A stretch of 64,000 bases of DNA from Dehalococcoidia bacterium (lineage in GTDB: Bacteria; Chloroflexota; Dehalococcoidia; Bin125). The notes below the pieces were generated by a model. That model was not told the origin of the DNA, ran no database searches, and saw only the letters and a program-made list of their open reading frames with translations. The stretch covers positions 2,944,001 to 3,008,000 of the forward strand of contig OY820591.1 of NCBI GenBank assembly GCA_963555985.3. Direction: 5' to 3'. The translations under genes were made by a program, and so were the position numbers. The stretch's first letter is position 1. The number at the start of each line of letters is the position of its first letter. Below, in pieces: positions 1 to 11,678 of this stretch.

Positions 1-2
1 AC

Positions 3-1580
3 TCGATGCCGGTGCCGGTGCAGATCCCGATCGGGGCGGAAGACCGTTTCGTGGGCGTGATCGACCTGATCCGGCTGCGCGCCTGGTTCTTCAGCAAGGA
101 TCGCGACGCGCCGCCGGTGGAGGGCGAGATTCCGGAGCAGTACCGGACCGACGCCGAGCTCTGGCGCGAGACGATGATCGAGCGGATCGCCGAGCACGAC
201 GAGCAGGTGATGATCTCCTACATCGAGGGTCACGAACTCTCTGAGGACGAGATTCGCAAGGCGGTCCGGCGGGGGACGATCACGAATCAGTTCACGCCGG
301 TGCTCTGTGGCAGTGCGCTCAAGAACGTCGGCGTCCAGCGTCTGCTCGACGCGATCGTCGACTACCTGCCGGCACCGGATGAGGTGCCGCCGGTTCGGGG
401 CGTTGGCCACAACGGCGCTGAGACTCGCCAAGCCGACCCGAAGGAACCGTTGACCGCGCTCGCCTTCAAGATCGTGACCGACCCCTATGTCGGCCGGATC
501 GCCTATGTGCGCATCTACGCGGGCACGCTCGAAGCCGGGGACAGCGTCTACAACGCCTCGCGCCGGGAGAATGAGCGGGTGGGACGCCTGCTCCGCGTGC
601 ACGCCGACTCGCGCGAAGATATTGATCGCGTCACTGCCGGCGATATCGCCGCCTTCGTTGGTCCCAAGCAGACCTTCACCGGCGACACGCTCTGCGATCG
701 CCGGCGTCCGCTCTTGTTGGACGAAATCAACTTCCCCGAGCCGGTGGTCTCGATCGCGATCGAGGCGAAGAGCACCGACGATCAGGATCGTCTGGGCGTC
801 TCGCTGCGCAAACTCGCCGAGGAAGACCCGACCTTCAAAGTCGAATACAACGACGAGACCGCCCAGACGGTGATCTCAGGCATGGGGGAGTTGCATCTTG
901 AGGTAATCGCCGATCGTCTGCGGCGCGAGTTCAAGGTGATGTGCAATGTGGGCCGGCCGCAGGTGTCCTACCGCGAGACGATTCGCCGTTCGAGCCAGGC
1001 CGAGGGACGCTTCGTGCGCCAGACCGGCGGCCGTGGTCAGTACGGTCACGTCGTGCTGCGCGTAGAGCCGAACGTGCCGGGAACGGGCTTCGAGTTCAGC
1101 GACGAGACCGTCGGCGGTGTGGTGCCGCAGCAGTACGTCGGCTCGGTGCGCAAGGGTATTGAGGATGCGATGCGGTCGGGTGTGGTCGGCGGGTTCCCAG
1201 TGGTTGATGTCAAGGCTGCCCTGATCGACGGCAGCTATCACCAGGTCGACTCCAGCGAGATGGCGTTCGCCACCGCCGCCTCGATCGGCTTCCGCGAGGC
1301 GCTGCGTAAGGCGGCGCCGGTGCAGCTGGAGCCGATGATGCGAGTCGAGTTGACTACGCCGCACGACTTTTTCGGCGATGTGCTGGGCGATCTCTCCAGC
1401 CGTCGCGGGCAGATCACCGGTTCCGAGCAGCGGGGCGCGATTCATGTGATCTCGGCGCTGATGCCGCTGGCGCAGCTCTTCGGCTACACCACGGCGCTGC
1501 GTTCGATGACGCAGGGTCGGGCGACGGCCAGCATTGAATTCGACCACTACGCGGAGATGCCGCAGGGCGTCCTCGCCTAA
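3..1580 (+). CDS. fusA: Elongation factor G (5'-truncated by window edge)
   Basis: EF-G motifs GSALKN, LAEEDPTF, GMGELHLE, RQTGGRGQYGHV, LRSMTQGRA; directly upstream of tuf. Confidence 0.97.
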   Translation, partial: SMPVPVQIPIGAEDRFVGVIDLIRLRAWFFSKDRDAPPVEGEIPEQYRTDAELWRETMIERIAEHDEQVMISYIEGHELSEDEIRKAVRRGTITNQFTPVLCGSALKNVGVQRLLDAIVDYLPAPDEVPPVRGVGHNGAETRQADPKEPLTALAFKIVTDPYVGRIAYVRIYAGTLEAGDSVYNASRRENERVGRLLRVHADSREDIDRVTAGDIAAFVGPKQTFTGDTLCDRRRPLLLDEINFPEPVVSIAIEAKSTDDQDRLGVSLRKLAEEDPTFKVEYNDETAQTVISGMGELHLEVIADRLRREFKVMCNVGRPQVSYRETIRRSSQAEGRFVRQTGGRGQYGHVVLRVEPNVPGTGFEFSDETVGGVVPQQYVGSVRKGIEDAMRSGVVGGFPVVDVKAALIDGSYHQVDSSEMAFATAASIGFREALRKAAPVQLEPMMRVELTTPHDFFGDVLGDLSSRRGQITGSEQRGAIHVISALMPLAQLFGYTTALRSMTQGRATASIEFDHYAEMPQGVLA

Positions 1581-1619
1581 GCAGCAGACAGCCAAGCTAG
1601 GAAAGACGGAGGGTTACTC

Positions 1620-2822
1620 ATGGCGCGGAAGGTCTACGAACGCACGAAGCCGCACGTGAACGTGGGCACGATCGGCCACGTCGATCACGGCAAGACCACC
1701 CTGACCGCGGCGATCACGAAGGTCTTGGCGATGTCCAACGAGAACGTGGACTTCTCTTCGTTCGACTCGATCGACAACGCGCCCGAAGAGCGCGCGCGCG
1801 GGATCACGATCGCGATCGCCCACGTCGAGTACGAGACCGAAGAGCGCCACTACGCCCACATCGACGCGCCCGGCCACGCCGACTACATCAAGAACATGAT
1901 TACCGGGGCGGCCCAGATGGACGGCGCGATCCTGGTCGTGGCCGCGCCGGACGGACCGATGCCGCAGACCCGCGAACACATCCTCTTGGCCCGCCAGGTG
2001 GGGGTGCCGCGGATGGTGGTCTACCTGAACAAGGTGGACATGATGGACGACGAGGAACTGCTCGAACTGGTCGAACTGGAAGTGCGCGAACTGCTCTCGG
2101 ACCAGGGTTTCGACGGGGACGACTGTCCGGTCATTCGCGGTTCCGCCCTGCACGCCTTGGAGTCGGACTCGGTGGACCCCTCCTCGGAGGAGTACGAGAG
2201 CATCCTGGAGTTGATGGGGGCGGTGGACGAGTACGTGCCCACCCCGGCGCGGCCGACCGAGCAGCCCTTCCTGATGCCGGTCGAGGACGTCTTCGGGATC
2301 AAGGGCCGGGGCACGGTGGCGACCGGGCGGATTGAGCGCGGGGTGGTGATTTCGGGGGAGGAGATCGAGATCGTGGGTCTGAAGGACACCCGCTCGACCG
2401 TGGTCACGGGGGTGGAGATGTTCAAGAAGACCTTGCCCACGGGCGAAGCGGGGGACAACGTGGGTTGTCTGCTGCGCGGGATCGACCGCGAGGAGATCGC
2501 GCGCGGGCAGGTCTTGGCCGCGCCCGGGAGCATTACCCCGCACACGGCCTTTGAGGCCGAGGTCTACATCCTCTCGAAGGACGAGGGCGGGCGGCACACG
2601 CCCTTCTTCCACGGCTACCGGCCCCAGTTCTACATCCGCACCACGGACGTGACCGGGGAGATCGGCCTGCCCGAGGGGATCGAGATGGCGATGCCCGGCG
2701 ACAACGTGCAGATGCAGGTGCGGCTGATTGCGCCGATTGCGATGGAGGAAGGCTTGCGCTTTGCGATCCGCGAGGGCGGGCGCACGGTCGGGGCCGGCGC
2801 CGTCACCCGCATCCTGGAATAG
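1620..2822 (+). CDS. tuf: Elongation factor Tu
   Basis: [58 protein letters not shown]. Confidence 0.99.
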   Translation: MARKVYERTKPHVNVGTIGHVDHGKTTLTAAITKVLAMSNENVDFSSFDSIDNAPEERARGITIAIAHVEYETEERHYAHIDAPGHADYIKNMITGAAQMDGAILVVAAPDGPMPQTREHILLARQVGVPRMVVYLNKVDMMDDEELLELVELEVRELLSDQGFDGDDCPVIRGSALHALESDSVDPSSEEYESILELMGAVDEYVPTPARPTEQPFLMPVEDVFGIKGRGTVATGRIERGVVISGEEIEIVGLKDTRSTVVTGVEMFKKTLPTGEAGDNVGCLLRGIDREEIARGQVLAAPGSITPHTAFEAEVYILSKDEGGRHTPFFHGYRPQFYIRTTDVTGEIGLPEGIEMAMPGDNVQMQVRLIAPIAMEEGLRFAIREGGRTVGAGAVTRILE

Positions 2823-2858
2823 GCGCGCGAATCCTCAGAGCGGCAGAGAGACGACGCT

Positions 2859-3179
2859 ATGACAACGCAGAAGCTGTTTCAGCGGGTTCGGATCCGCCTC
2901 AAGGCGTACGATCACCGCTTAGTCGACGAGAGCACTCGGCAAATTCTCGACACAGCTGAACGCACTGGGGCTGGCGTAGTGGGACCGATCCCGCTGCCGA
3001 CCGAGATTCGCAAGTACACCGTCATTCGCTCGCCTTTCGTCCATAAGGATGGGCGCGAGCAGTTTGAGATTCGCACTCACAAGCGGCTCATCGACATCAT
3101 TGAGCCGACCGGGCGCACATTGGAGGCTCTTCAGCGCTTGCAGCTCTCCAGTGGAGTCGATGTGGAGATCAAGTTGTAG
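2859..3179 (+). CDS. rpsJ: 30S ribosomal protein S10
   Basis: [31 protein letters not shown]. Confidence 0.98.
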   Translation: MTTQKLFQRVRIRLKAYDHRLVDESTRQILDTAERTGAGVVGPIPLPTEIRKYTVIRSPFVHKDGREQFEIRTHKRLIDIIEPTGRTLEALQRLQLSSGVDVEIKL

Positions 3180-3181
3180 TC

Positions 3182-3835
3182 ATGCCAATACCCGGACTCT
3201 TGGGCAAGAAGTTGGGCATGGTGCAAGTGATCGGCGCCGACGGCGCGGTCGTGGGTTGCACCGTGCTTGAGGTGGGTCCCTGCCCGGTGACGCAGATCAT
3301 GACTCCCACCCGCGATGGTTTCAGCGGCGTGCAGGTCGGCTTCGGCGCGGTACCCGAATGGCGCGTGAATAAGGCCGAGCGCGGGCACACCGGCTCGAAC
3401 GGGGCGCTGCGCCATCTCAGCGTCTTCCGCGTGGAGGAATCGGAGCTCGGCGAGCTCGAGGTGGGCGCGGTCGTCAATGCCGGCGAAGTCTTCAGCACCG
3501 GCGACCGCGTTGATATCCAAGGCATCTCCAAAGGCAAGGGCTTTGCCGGGGTGGTCAAGCGTCACGGTTTTCGGGGCGGGCCGCGCACGCACGGTCAGAG
3601 CGACCGTCACCGCGCTCCCGGTTCGGTCGGTGCAGGCACAACTCCTGGGCGGGTGCTCAAGGGCACGCGCATGGCCGGACGCATGGGCGGCAAAGCGACG
3701 ACTTCGATGAATCTCGAAGTGGTCGAAGTGAACACCGACCGGCATCTGGTCTACGTCAAAGGCTCGGTGCCGGGCGCGAGCGACGGTCTGGTGCGGATTC
3801 GCCAGACGAAGCGGCGAGGCGGGAAGAAACGATGA
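3182..3835 (+). CDS. rplC: 50S ribosomal protein L3
   Basis: GKKLGM, SKGKGFAGVVKRHGF, HRAPGSVG; S10 operon order. Confidence 0.98.
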   Translation: MPIPGLLGKKLGMVQVIGADGAVVGCTVLEVGPCPVTQIMTPTRDGFSGVQVGFGAVPEWRVNKAERGHTGSNGALRHLSVFRVEESELGELEVGAVVNAGEVFSTGDRVDIQGISKGKGFAGVVKRHGFRGGPRTHGQSDRHRAPGSVGAGTTPGRVLKGTRMAGRMGGKATTSMNLEVVEVNTDRHLVYVKGSVPGASDGLVRIRQTKRRGGKKR

Positions 3836-4494
3836 AACTACCCGTGATCGACGCACAGGGCCAGCCAGCCGGCGAGATCGAGGCCGACGACTCGGTCTTC
3901 GGGATCGAACCGAACCTCAATGTCGTCTTTCAGGCTGTGACAGCGCAGCAGGCCAACGCCCGTCAGGGCACGCACAACACGCTCAATCGCTCCGATTTGC
4001 GCCAGGCCAATACCAAGACGCGGCGCCAGAAGGGCAGCGGCAACGCGCGTCTCGGCGGTCCCTCGTCGCCCACCCGGATCGGCGGTGCGGTCGCGCATGG
4101 GCCGCATCCGCGTTCCTACCGGCAGCGGTTGCCGAAGAAGATGCGACGGCTGGCGATTCGCTCGCTGCTCTCGCAGCGCGCATCCGAGGGCGGCGTGCTC
4201 GTGACTGCTTCCGATGTCGCCTGGGAGGACAAGACCGCTGCGATGGCGAAGCTCTGCGACGCGCTCGGAGTTGAGCGCAAGGCGCTGCTCATCTCCGACG
4301 GCGTGGATGCGGCGCTGGTGCGCGGTACGCGCAATTTGCCCAATGTCCAGGCGATGCCCGCGCAGACTTTGAGCAGCTACCTGATCATCACGCATGATCA
4401 ACTGATCATGACCGAGGCCGCCGTTCGCCGCTGCGAAGCGCTCTGGGCGCTGCCGGCGGCCGACGGCGACAACGGTTCAGGGGCGGAGGACTGA
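3832..4494 (+). CDS. rplD: 50S ribosomal protein L4
   Basis: RQGTH, RQKGSGNARLG, GGAVAHGPHPRSY, KKMRRLA. Confidence 0.97.
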   Translation: MKLPVIDAQGQPAGEIEADDSVFGIEPNLNVVFQAVTAQQANARQGTHNTLNRSDLRQANTKTRRQKGSGNARLGGPSSPTRIGGAVAHGPHPRSYRQRLPKKMRRLAIRSLLSQRASEGGVLVTASDVAWEDKTAAMAKLCDALGVERKALLISDGVDAALVRGTRNLPNVQAMPAQTLSSYLIITHDQLIMTEAAVRRCEALWALPAADGDNGSGAED

Positions 4495-4495
4495 G

Positions 4496-4795
4496 ATGCC
4501 CAAGGAAATCCACCCCTACGCCGTTCTGCGCGAGCCGATCATCACCGAGAAGAGCACCGAGCTTGCCGAAGAAGGCAAGTACGTGTTCGAGGTCGATCCA
4601 CGCGCGAACAAGCTGCAAATCCGCGAGGCGGTCGAGATCGCCTTCGGCGTGCGTGTGCGCAAGGTCAATGTGATCTCGGTGCGCGGCGCGACGCGGCGGA
4701 TCGGGCGCGGACGCCCGGGGCGTGAGCGCGACTGGAAGAAGGCGATCGTGACTCTGCACGAGGGTTACGAAATTCGCCTGTTCGAGGGGGTCTGA
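4496..4795 (+). CDS. rplW: 50S ribosomal protein L23
   Basis: [26 protein letters not shown]. Confidence 0.97.
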   Translation: MPKEIHPYAVLREPIITEKSTELAEEGKYVFEVDPRANKLQIREAVEIAFGVRVRKVNVISVRGATRRIGRGRPGRERDWKKAIVTLHEGYEIRLFEGV

Positions 4796-4796
4796 G

Positions 4797-5633
4797 ATGC
4801 CATTGAAGAAGTTCAAGCCCACCTCGCCCGGACGCCGCAACGCCTCCGGTCACACGTTTGAGGAAATCACCAAGAAGAAGCCCGAGAAGAGCCTGCTCGC
4901 GCCGCTGAAGAAGAAGGCGGGCCGCAACGCCAAGGGCCGGATCACGGTGCGACATCGGGGCGGCGGGCACAAGCGCCGCTATCGGATCATCGACTGGAAA
5001 CGCCGCGACCGGATCGGAATCGAAGGCCGCGTCGCGGCGATTGAGTACGACCCCAACCGCACCGCGCGGATCGCGCTGATTTTCTACAGCGACGGCGAGA
5101 AGCGCTACATCCTCGCGCCGGCCGGACTCCAGGTCGACGCGCTGGTGATGTCGGGGCCGGATGCGCCGATTCGGGTGGGCAATGCGCTGCCGATGTCGGC
5201 GATTCCCAACGGTACGCAGGTGCACAACGTCGAACTGACCGAGGGCCGGGGGGCGCAGATGGTGCGTTCGGCTGGAGCCTCGGCTCAGATCATGGCGAAA
5301 GAGGGCAACTACGCGCTGCTGCGCCTGCCCTCGGGCGAGATGCGGCGCGTGCGCTCGGCCTGCTACGCGACGATTGGTCAGGTCGGCAATGTCGAGCACT
5401 CCAACATCAAGCTGGGCAAGGCGGGCCGCAATCGCCATCGCAGGCGGCGCCCGCAGGTGCGCGGCTCGGTCATGAACCCGGTCGATCACCCGCACGGCGG
5501 GGGTGAGGGCAAGGCTCCGATTGGGATGCCCGGCCCGAAGTCGCCCTGGGGCTGGTACACGCTGGGCCGACGCACCCGAGGCAAGAAGAACTCCGACAAG
5601 TACATCGTCCGCCGGCGCGGACGCCGGCGCTAG
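4797..5633 (+). CDS. rplB: 50S ribosomal protein L2
   Basis: [39 protein letters not shown]. Confidence 0.99.
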   Translation: MPLKKFKPTSPGRRNASGHTFEEITKKKPEKSLLAPLKKKAGRNAKGRITVRHRGGGHKRRYRIIDWKRRDRIGIEGRVAAIEYDPNRTARIALIFYSDGEKRYILAPAGLQVDALVMSGPDAPIRVGNALPMSAIPNGTQVHNVELTEGRGAQMVRSAGASAQIMAKEGNYALLRLPSGEMRRVRSACYATIGQVGNVEHSNIKLGKAGRNRHRRRRPQVRGSVMNPVDHPHGGGEGKAPIGMPGPKSPWGWYTLGRRTRGKKNSDKYIVRRRGRRR

Positions 5634-5681
5634 GCGGTTCCGCCAGGCCGCGCGGCACGATAGAGGGAGGGCGCGCGAAAC

Positions 5682-5966
5682 ATGTCGCGATCGACGAAGA
5701 AAGGTCCCTACGTGGATCACAAGCTGCTGCGTAAGGTGCAGCGCGTGCGCGCCGCCGGTACGCGAACGGCGATCACGACCTGGGCTCGGGCCAGCACGAT
5801 CGTGCCCGAGATGGTCGGCCTGACCATCGCCGTGCACGACGGCCGCCGCCACGTGCCCGTCTTCATCACCGAGAACATGGTCGGCCACAAGCTCGGAGAG
5901 TTCGCGCCTACGCGAACCTTCCGCGGGCATGTCGGCCGCTCCGATCGTGGGACACGGGTGCGCTGA
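5682..5966 (+). CDS. rpsS: 30S ribosomal protein S19
   Basis: [27 protein letters not shown]. Confidence 0.98.
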   Translation: MSRSTKKGPYVDHKLLRKVQRVRAAGTRTAITTWARASTIVPEMVGLTIAVHDGRRHVPVFITENMVGHKLGEFAPTRTFRGHVGRSDRGTRVR

Positions 5967-5967
5967 G

Positions 5968-6306
5968 ATGCAAGTACAAGCAACGGCCAAGTACGTCCGC
6001 ACCTCGCCGCGCAAGGTGCGACTGGTGATGCAGGGTCTGCGCGGACTGCCGGTAGAAGAGGCGCGCCTGCAACTGCGCTTCACGCCCAAGCCGATCGCGC
6101 GCGAAGTGGCTAAGGTGCTCGATTCCGCTGTGGCCAACGCCGAGAACAACTACGCGCTCGACCCGAGCGAGCTGAAAGTGCATGCGGTCTACGCCGGCGA
6201 CGGCCGCACGCTGCGCCGCTTCCGCGCGAAGGCGCGCGGTCGCGTGGGGCGCATTCTCAAGCGCACCGCCCACATCACCGTCGTCGTCTCAGACGGGCAG
6301 GAATAG
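5968..6306 (+). CDS. rplV: 50S ribosomal protein L22
   Basis: [28 protein letters not shown]; start moved to ATG 5968 just after the rpsS stop. Confidence 0.97.
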   Translation: MQVQATAKYVRTSPRKVRLVMQGLRGLPVEEARLQLRFTPKPIAREVAKVLDSAVANAENNYALDPSELKVHAVYAGDGRTLRRFRAKARGRVGRILKRTAHITVVVSDGQE

Positions 6307-6308
6307 CG

Positions 6309-7091
6309 ATGGGCCAGAAAGTTCACCCGACCAGCTTCCGGATCGGCACGATCTACGACTGGCGCAGCCAGTGGTACTCGGACAAGGGCTACGCCGATCT
6401 GCTCGCCGAGGACCGCAAGATTCGCGATTTCATCAATGACGGGATGAGCGAAGCCTCGATCTCGCGGATCGAGATCGAGCGCAACGCCAACCAGATCAGC
6501 GTCCAACTGCACACCGCCAAGCCGGGTATCGTGATTGGCCGCAACGGGCAGAACGTCGACAAACTCCGCAATGACCTTGAGGCATTGATCGCCAAGCCGA
6601 TTCGGCTGCGGGTGGAGGTCACCGAGATCCGTGTGCCCGAACTCGACGCGCAGTTGGTCGCGCGCAACGTGGCGGAGCAGCTGGAGCGCCGGATCGCCTT
6701 CCGGCGCGCGATCAAGCAGGCTGTCCAGCGCACGATGCAGCGCGGTGCCGAGGGCGCCAAGATCATCATCTCCGGTCGTCTCGGCGGGGCCGAGATGTCG
6801 CGCCGGGCGCAGGAGATGGCCGGGCGAGTGCCGCTGCACACGCTGCGCGCCGACATCGATTACGGCTTCGCCGAAGCGATGACGGTGTTCGGACAGATCG
6901 GCGTCAAAGTCTGGATCTACAAGGGTGAAATACTGCCCTCGGCCGGCGACGATGACACGAGCGGCGGACCCGCTCAGGCGATCGCGCCGCCGCCGCGCGG
7001 CGGCGGACGCGGCGACCGTCCCGAGGGCGGTGGACGCCGCGGTCGGCGTGGTCGCGGCGGCGGCGGACGCAATTCCGAAGGAGGGCGCTGA
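6309..7091 (+). CDS. rpsC: 30S ribosomal protein S3
   Basis: [30 protein letters not shown]; Gly/Arg-rich tail. Confidence 0.98.
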   Translation: MGQKVHPTSFRIGTIYDWRSQWYSDKGYADLLAEDRKIRDFINDGMSEASISRIEIERNANQISVQLHTAKPGIVIGRNGQNVDKLRNDLEALIAKPIRLRVEVTEIRVPELDAQLVARNVAEQLERRIAFRRAIKQAVQRTMQRGAEGAKIIISGRLGGAEMSRRAQEMAGRVPLHTLRADIDYGFAEAMTVFGQIGVKVWIYKGEILPSAGDDDTSGGPAQAIAPPPRGGGRGDRPEGGGRRGRRGRGGGGRNSEGGR

Positions 7092-7510
7092 TGCTGCAAC
7101 CACGACGAGTCAAGTGGCGCAAGCATCACCGCGGGCGCAGGCGCGGGATGGCGCATTCCGGCAGCAGCGTCGCCTTCGGCGAGATCGGTCTGCAATCGCT
7201 TGACGCCGCCTGGATCGACGGCCGCCAGATCGAAGCCGCCCGCCGCGCCATCACGCACTACGTGCGCCGTGGCGGGAAGGTCTGGATTCGCGTCTTCCCG
7301 GACAAGTCGGTGACACAGAAACCGGCGGAGACCCGCATGGGCAAGGGCAAGGGCGCGCCGGAGAAGTGGGTCGCGGTGGTCAAGCCGGGGCGCGTGCTCT
7401 TCGAGATCGCCGGTGTGCCCGAGGCCGACGCACGCGAGGCGTTGCGCCGCGCCAGTCACAAGCTGCCCGTGCGCACTCGCATCGTCGTGCGCGAGGCGGA
7501 GGTGGTCTGA
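7091..7510 (+). CDS. rplP: 50S ribosomal protein L16
   Basis: [29 protein letters not shown]. Confidence 0.98.
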   Translation: MLQPRRVKWRKHHRGRRRGMAHSGSSVAFGEIGLQSLDAAWIDGRQIEAARRAITHYVRRGGKVWIRVFPDKSVTQKPAETRMGKGKGAPEKWVAVVKPGRVLFEIAGVPEADAREALRRASHKLPVRTRIVVREAEVV

Positions 7511-7512
7511 CC

Positions 7513-7803
7513 ATGCCCAATCCACTCGCCGACGAAGCCCGCGCCATGACCGACGAGCAACTGGGCGAAGCGATCAACGAGGCCTACCGCGAGGTCTTCA
7601 ACCTCCAGTTCCAGCGCGGTACCCGCCAGTTGCAGAATCCGATGGCGATGCGCCAGGCGCGCCGCCAGGTCGCGCGGCTGCGCACGATTCTGCGGGAGCG
7701 ACAGCGCGGGCTCTCGTTCGCGCCCGAGCCGATCGCTGAGCCGGAACCCGAGCCCGCCGAGGTCGACTCAGCTGCCGACGGCGACGAGAGCGAGGACAGC
7801 TAA
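7513..7803 (+). CDS. rpmC: 50S ribosomal protein L29 with acidic C-terminal tail
   Basis: EVFNLQFQ...QLQNP...RRQVARLRTILRER; position between rplP and rpsQ; start at ATG 7513. Confidence 0.93.
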   Translation: MPNPLADEARAMTDEQLGEAINEAYREVFNLQFQRGTRQLQNPMAMRQARRQVARLRTILRERQRGLSFAPEPIAEPEPEPAEVDSAADGDESEDS

Positions 7804-7805
7804 CG

Positions 7806-8135
7806 ATGGCCCGCAAACGACGAGTCGGGGTCGCGGTTGCCGATGCGCGCCACAAGACAGTCTCCGTGCGCGTGGAGCGCACGGTCCAACACCCGCTCTA
7901 CAAAAAGGTGATGCGCCGGCGCAAGCGCTACTTGGCGCATGACGAAGGCAACGACTGCAAGATCGGCGACTCGGTGCTGATCGAAGAATGCCGCCCGATC
8001 TCCAAGCGCAAGACGTGGCGCGTGATCGAGGTGCTGGAGCGCCGCGAAGTCGCGGAAATCCAGCCCGGGGAGATCGCCGCGCCCTCGCTGAACGCCGAGG
8101 CGAACGATGCGGCCGAGGGTGAGGCGTCGGCGTGA
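7806..8135 (+). CDS. rpsQ: 30S ribosomal protein S17
   Basis: [26 protein letters not shown]. Confidence 0.97.
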   Translation: MARKRRVGVAVADARHKTVSVRVERTVQHPLYKKVMRRRKRYLAHDEGNDCKIGDSVLIEECRPISKRKTWRVIEVLERREVAEIQPGEIAAPSLNAEANDAAEGEASA

Positions 8136-8503
8136 TCCAGCAGGAATCGTCGCTGCGAGTGGCGGACAACTCCGGCGCCCGCACGATCAAGTGCATTCGC
8201 GTGCTGGGCGGCACCAAACGCCGCTACGCGGGCGTCGGCGACACAATCGTCGCTACGGTGAAACAGGCCGATCCCAACCGCGAGATCCGTTCCGGGCAGG
8301 TCGTGCGCGCGGTGATCGTGCGCGTCGCCAAGCAGTACCGCCGCGTGGACGGCTCCTACATCCGCTTCGACGACAACGCCGCCGTGATTCTCGCGGGCGA
8401 CGGCCAGAATCCGACCGGTACCCGCATCTTCGGCCCGGTCGCCCGCGAACTGCGCGAGAAGGACTTCATGCGGATCGTCTCGCTCGCTCCGGAGGTGGTC
8501 TGA
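8132..8503 (+). CDS. rplN: 50S ribosomal protein L14
   Basis: [28 protein letters not shown]. Confidence 0.98.
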   Translation: MIQQESSLRVADNSGARTIKCIRVLGGTKRRYAGVGDTIVATVKQADPNREIRSGQVVRAVIVRVAKQYRRVDGSYIRFDDNAAVILAGDGQNPTGTRIFGPVARELREKDFMRIVSLAPEVV

Positions 8504-8817
8504 TGCGTCGAATCCAACGCGATGATCTGGTTCAGGTGCGCAGCGGCAAAGATCGCGGCCGGCGCGGACAGGTGCGGCAGGTGCTGCCCAAGCAGGATCG
8601 CGTGATCGTGACTGGGCTCAACATGGTCAAGCGCCACCTGCGCGCGACCCAGATCGGCCAGCCGGCGGGCATCATCGAGCGCGAAGCGCCGCTGCACATG
8701 AGCAACGTTGCCGTGGTCTGCCCCGAATGCGACCAGGCTGCGCGGGTCGGCTTTCGGGTGCGCCCCGACGGGGTCAAGATCCGGGTCTGCAAGCGCTGCA
8801 ATGCGGATATCGATTAG
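8503..8817 (+). CDS. rplX: 50S ribosomal protein L24 (CxxC...CxxC Zn-ribbon type)
   Basis: KOW motif SGKDRGRRG, EAPLHMSNV, CPEC...CKRC; start ATG overlaps the rplN stop. Confidence 0.96.
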   Translation: MRRIQRDDLVQVRSGKDRGRRGQVRQVLPKQDRVIVTGLNMVKRHLRATQIGQPAGIIEREAPLHMSNVAVVCPECDQAARVGFRVRPDGVKIRVCKRCNADID

Positions 8818-8829
8818 GAGAGGCGGACG

Positions 8830-9393
8830 ATGACGACCGCGACCGCTGTCCCGCGCCTGAAGCAGCGCTATCTCGAAGAAATCGCGCCGCGAATGCGGGA
8901 GGAGTTCAACTACGACAACGCGATGCAGGTACCGCGCATCGTCAAAGTCGTGGTCAACGCCGGGGTTGGAGAGGCGCTCTCGAATAACCGCGCGCTCGAC
9001 GCCGTTGCCGCCGATCTGACCACGATCACCGGTCAGAAACCCGTGATCACGAAAGCGACCAAGTCGATCGCCAACTTCAAGCTGCGCGAGGGTAACTCGG
9101 TCGGGATCATGTGCACGATTCGCGGCGCGCGGATGTGGGAGTTCCTCGATCGCACGATCAACGCGGCGCTGCCGCGGATCCGCGACTTCCAGGGCGTCTC
9201 GCGCACCGCCTTCGACGGTCGCGGGAACTACAGCCTCGGCATCCGCGAACAGATCGTGTTCCCGGAGATCGACTACGGCAATGTCGATCAGGTGCGGGGA
9301 CTGCAAGTGAACATCGTGACAACGGCGCGAACCGACGCCGAGGGCCGACGGCTCTTGGAGCTGCTCGGGATCCCGTTCGAGCGCACGCTCTAA
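8830..9393 (+). CDS. rplE: 50S ribosomal protein L5
   Basis: [36 protein letters not shown]. Confidence 0.98.
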   Translation: MTTATAVPRLKQRYLEEIAPRMREEFNYDNAMQVPRIVKVVVNAGVGEALSNNRALDAVAADLTTITGQKPVITKATKSIANFKLREGNSVGIMCTIRGARMWEFLDRTINAALPRIRDFQGVSRTAFDGRGNYSLGIREQIVFPEIDYGNVDQVRGLQVNIVTTARTDAEGRRLLELLGIPFERTL

Positions 9394-9437
9394 CGACGGC
9401 AGGGAGGACGAGACGAGATGACGCAGGGGGAGATCAG

Positions 9438-9842
9438 ATGCCAGTAACCGATCCGATCGCCGACATGCTCACGCGGATTCGCAACGCGATCCAGGCGGGG
9501 CATCCGCGCGTGGAAATTCCGGCCTCCAAGCTCAAGATCGCGATCGCCGAAGTCTTGGCCGAAGAGGGCTTTATCAAGTCGTTCCAGGTCCGCGACCGCA
9601 CCGGACGCGCGGGCTCGGACATTGATGTCGAGCTGCTCTACAACGAAGAGGGAACGCCGGTCGTGAGCGGACTCAAGCGCGTCTCGCGCCCCGGTCTGCG
9701 CGTCTACGTGCAGAAGCGCGAGATCCCCCGTCCCTACGGCGGGCTGGGCGTCGCCATTCTGACTACGCCGCGCGGGGTGATGACCGGCGCGCGCGCGCGC
9801 CGCGAAAACGTGGGGGGAGAAGTCCTGTGCTTCGTCTGGTAG
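9438..9842 (+). CDS. rpsH: 30S ribosomal protein S8
   Basis: [33 protein letters not shown]; start at ATG 9438. Confidence 0.98.
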   Translation: MPVTDPIADMLTRIRNAIQAGHPRVEIPASKLKIAIAEVLAEEGFIKSFQVRDRTGRAGSDIDVELLYNEEGTPVVSGLKRVSRPGLRVYVQKREIPRPYGGLGVAILTTPRGVMTGARARRENVGGEVLCFVW

Positions 9843-9903
9843 TCGTCCTCGCCGTCGGCATCGTGATTGCGATGGTGATTGCGCAACGCAGAGGAGCCGC
9901 ACG

Positions 9904-10440
9904 ATGAGTCGTGTCGGTCGCAAGCCCATCCCCGTCCCCAACGGCGTCAATGTCGAGATCACGCCGGGCAATGTCCGCGTCAGCGGACCGCGCGGCGAGC
10001 TCAGCCAGCATGTCCACCGTGACCTACACATCGTCCGCGACGGCGACGAAGTGATCGTCACCCGGCCCTCCGACCGCCGCGAACACCGCGCCCAACACGG
10101 ACTCGTCCGCGCTCTCATCCAGAACATGGTCACGGGCGTTTCGGAAGGCTTCCAGAAGACGCTGGAGATTCAGGGCACCGGCTACCGCGCCGAGATGGAC
10201 GGCTCCACGCTCGTCCTGCGCGTGGGTTATTCGCATCTCGTACGCAAAGACCCGCCCACAGGCATCGACTTCGAGGTCCAAGGTCAGCTCGTCCACGTGC
10301 GCGGTAACGACAAGCAAGCCGTCGGCCAGCAGGCCGCCGAAATTCGCGCGGTGCGTCCGCCCGAGCCGTACAAGGGCAAGGGCATTCGCTATCAGGGCGA
10401 ATGGGTGCGGCGCAAGCAGGGCAAGGGCGCGATCGGATAA
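9904..10440 (+). CDS. rplF: 50S ribosomal protein L6
   Basis: MSRVGRKPI, RPPEPYKGKGIRY. Confidence 0.98.
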   Translation: MSRVGRKPIPVPNGVNVEITPGNVRVSGPRGELSQHVHRDLHIVRDGDEVIVTRPSDRREHRAQHGLVRALIQNMVTGVSEGFQKTLEIQGTGYRAEMDGSTLVLRVGYSHLVRKDPPTGIDFEVQGQLVHVRGNDKQAVGQQAAEIRAVRPPEPYKGKGIRYQGEWVRRKQGKGAIG

Positions 10441-10498
10441 TTCCGGCGGCGCGGGCGCTGCCCAGCCGTCTGTCGAACGAGGAGAGTGAGGAGAGGCG

Positions 10499-10882
10499 AT
10501 GACCATCCGCCGCAAGCGGCGCACCACCCGCGCCGCGCGCCAGCGACGCCACCTGCGCGTGCGCAAGCGCGTGCACGGTACCGCCCGTCGCCCGCGCCTC
10601 TGCGTCTTCCGCTCGGCCAAGCACATCTACGGCCAGATCATTGACGACGACACCGGCGTGACGCTCGCCGCCGCCTCCGACCTGGGCGCGAGCGGCGCAC
10701 AGCCAGGCGAAGAAGACGGCAGCGACAAGACAGCCCGCGCCGGCGCCGTGGGACGACAACTCGCCGAAGCGGCGCAGTCGGTCGGCATCACCGCCGTCGT
10801 CTTCGACCGCGGCGGCTACAAATATCACGGACGGGTGCGGGCGCTGGCCGAGGCCGCGCGCGCAGCCGGTCTGGCGTTCTGA
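10499..10882 (+). CDS. rplR: 50S ribosomal protein L18
   Basis: [26 protein letters not shown]. Confidence 0.98.
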   Translation: MTIRRKRRTTRAARQRRHLRVRKRVHGTARRPRLCVFRSAKHIYGQIIDDDTGVTLAAASDLGASGAQPGEEDGSDKTARAGAVGRQLAEAAQSVGITAVVFDRGGYKYHGRVRALAEAARAAGLAF

Positions 10883-10894
10883 GGAGGCCGAGCG

Positions 10895-11473
10895 ATGGTC
10901 ACACAACGCGAATCACGCGGACGCGGACGCCGCGACGGCCCGCAAGACGACATGATCGAAAAGGTCGTTTCAGTCTCGCGCGTGGCCAAGGTGGTCAAGG
11001 GCGGACGCCGTTTCTCCTTCACCGCCGTGGTCGTGGTCGGCGACGGCGCGGGACGAGTCGGCATCGGCATCGGCCGCGCCAATGAGGTCCCCGACGCGAT
11101 TCGCAAGGGCGCCACGATCGCCCGCCGCGAGATGATCGAGGTGCCGATCCGCAACGGCACGATCCCGCACCCGATCACAGCCCGCTTTTGCGCTTCGCAG
11201 GTGCTGCTCAAGCCGGCTGCGCCCGGTACCGGCGTGATCGCCGGCGGCGGCGTCCGCGCCGTGCTTGAGGCGGTCGGTCTGCGCAACGTGCTGACCAAGT
11301 CGCTCGGCTCGAACAACGTCGTCAACGTGGTTCAGGCCACGCGCCGGGCGCTGCTGGAGCTGCGCGATCCGGTCGAGGCCCGGCGCGAGCGGCTGCGCCT
11401 CGCCGGACGGCTGCCGGCCGAACCCGCGCCCGAGCCTGCGGCCGAACCCGTCGCCGCCGGCGCGACCGAGTAA
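10895..11473 (+). CDS. rpsE: 30S ribosomal protein S5
   Basis: [26 protein letters not shown]. Confidence 0.98.
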   Translation: MVTQRESRGRGRRDGPQDDMIEKVVSVSRVAKVVKGGRRFSFTAVVVVGDGAGRVGIGIGRANEVPDAIRKGATIARREMIEVPIRNGTIPHPITARFCASQVLLKPAAPGTGVIAGGGVRAVLEAVGLRNVLTKSLGSNNVVNVVQATRRALLELRDPVEARRERLRLAGRLPAEPAPEPAAEPVAAGATE

Positions 11474-11489
11474 CGAGTGAGGCAGCGCT

Positions 11490-11678
11490 ATGGCGATGCT
11501 CAAAGTCACCTACGTCAAATCCGCCATCGGCTATCGCAGCGACCAGGGACACACCATCCGTTCCCTAGGCCTGCGCAAGCTGGGACAGAGCACGATCAAA
11601 CCGGATACGCCTGATATTCGTGGTATGATCCATAAGGTGTCCCATCTGGTCACGGTGGTTGAAGTCGAGGACGCATGA
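11490..11678 (+). CDS. rpmD: 50S ribosomal protein L30
   Basis: [25 protein letters not shown]. Confidence 0.96.
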   Translation: MAMLKVTYVKSAIGYRSDQGHTIRSLGLRKLGQSTIKPDTPDIRGMIHKVSHLVTVVEVEDA

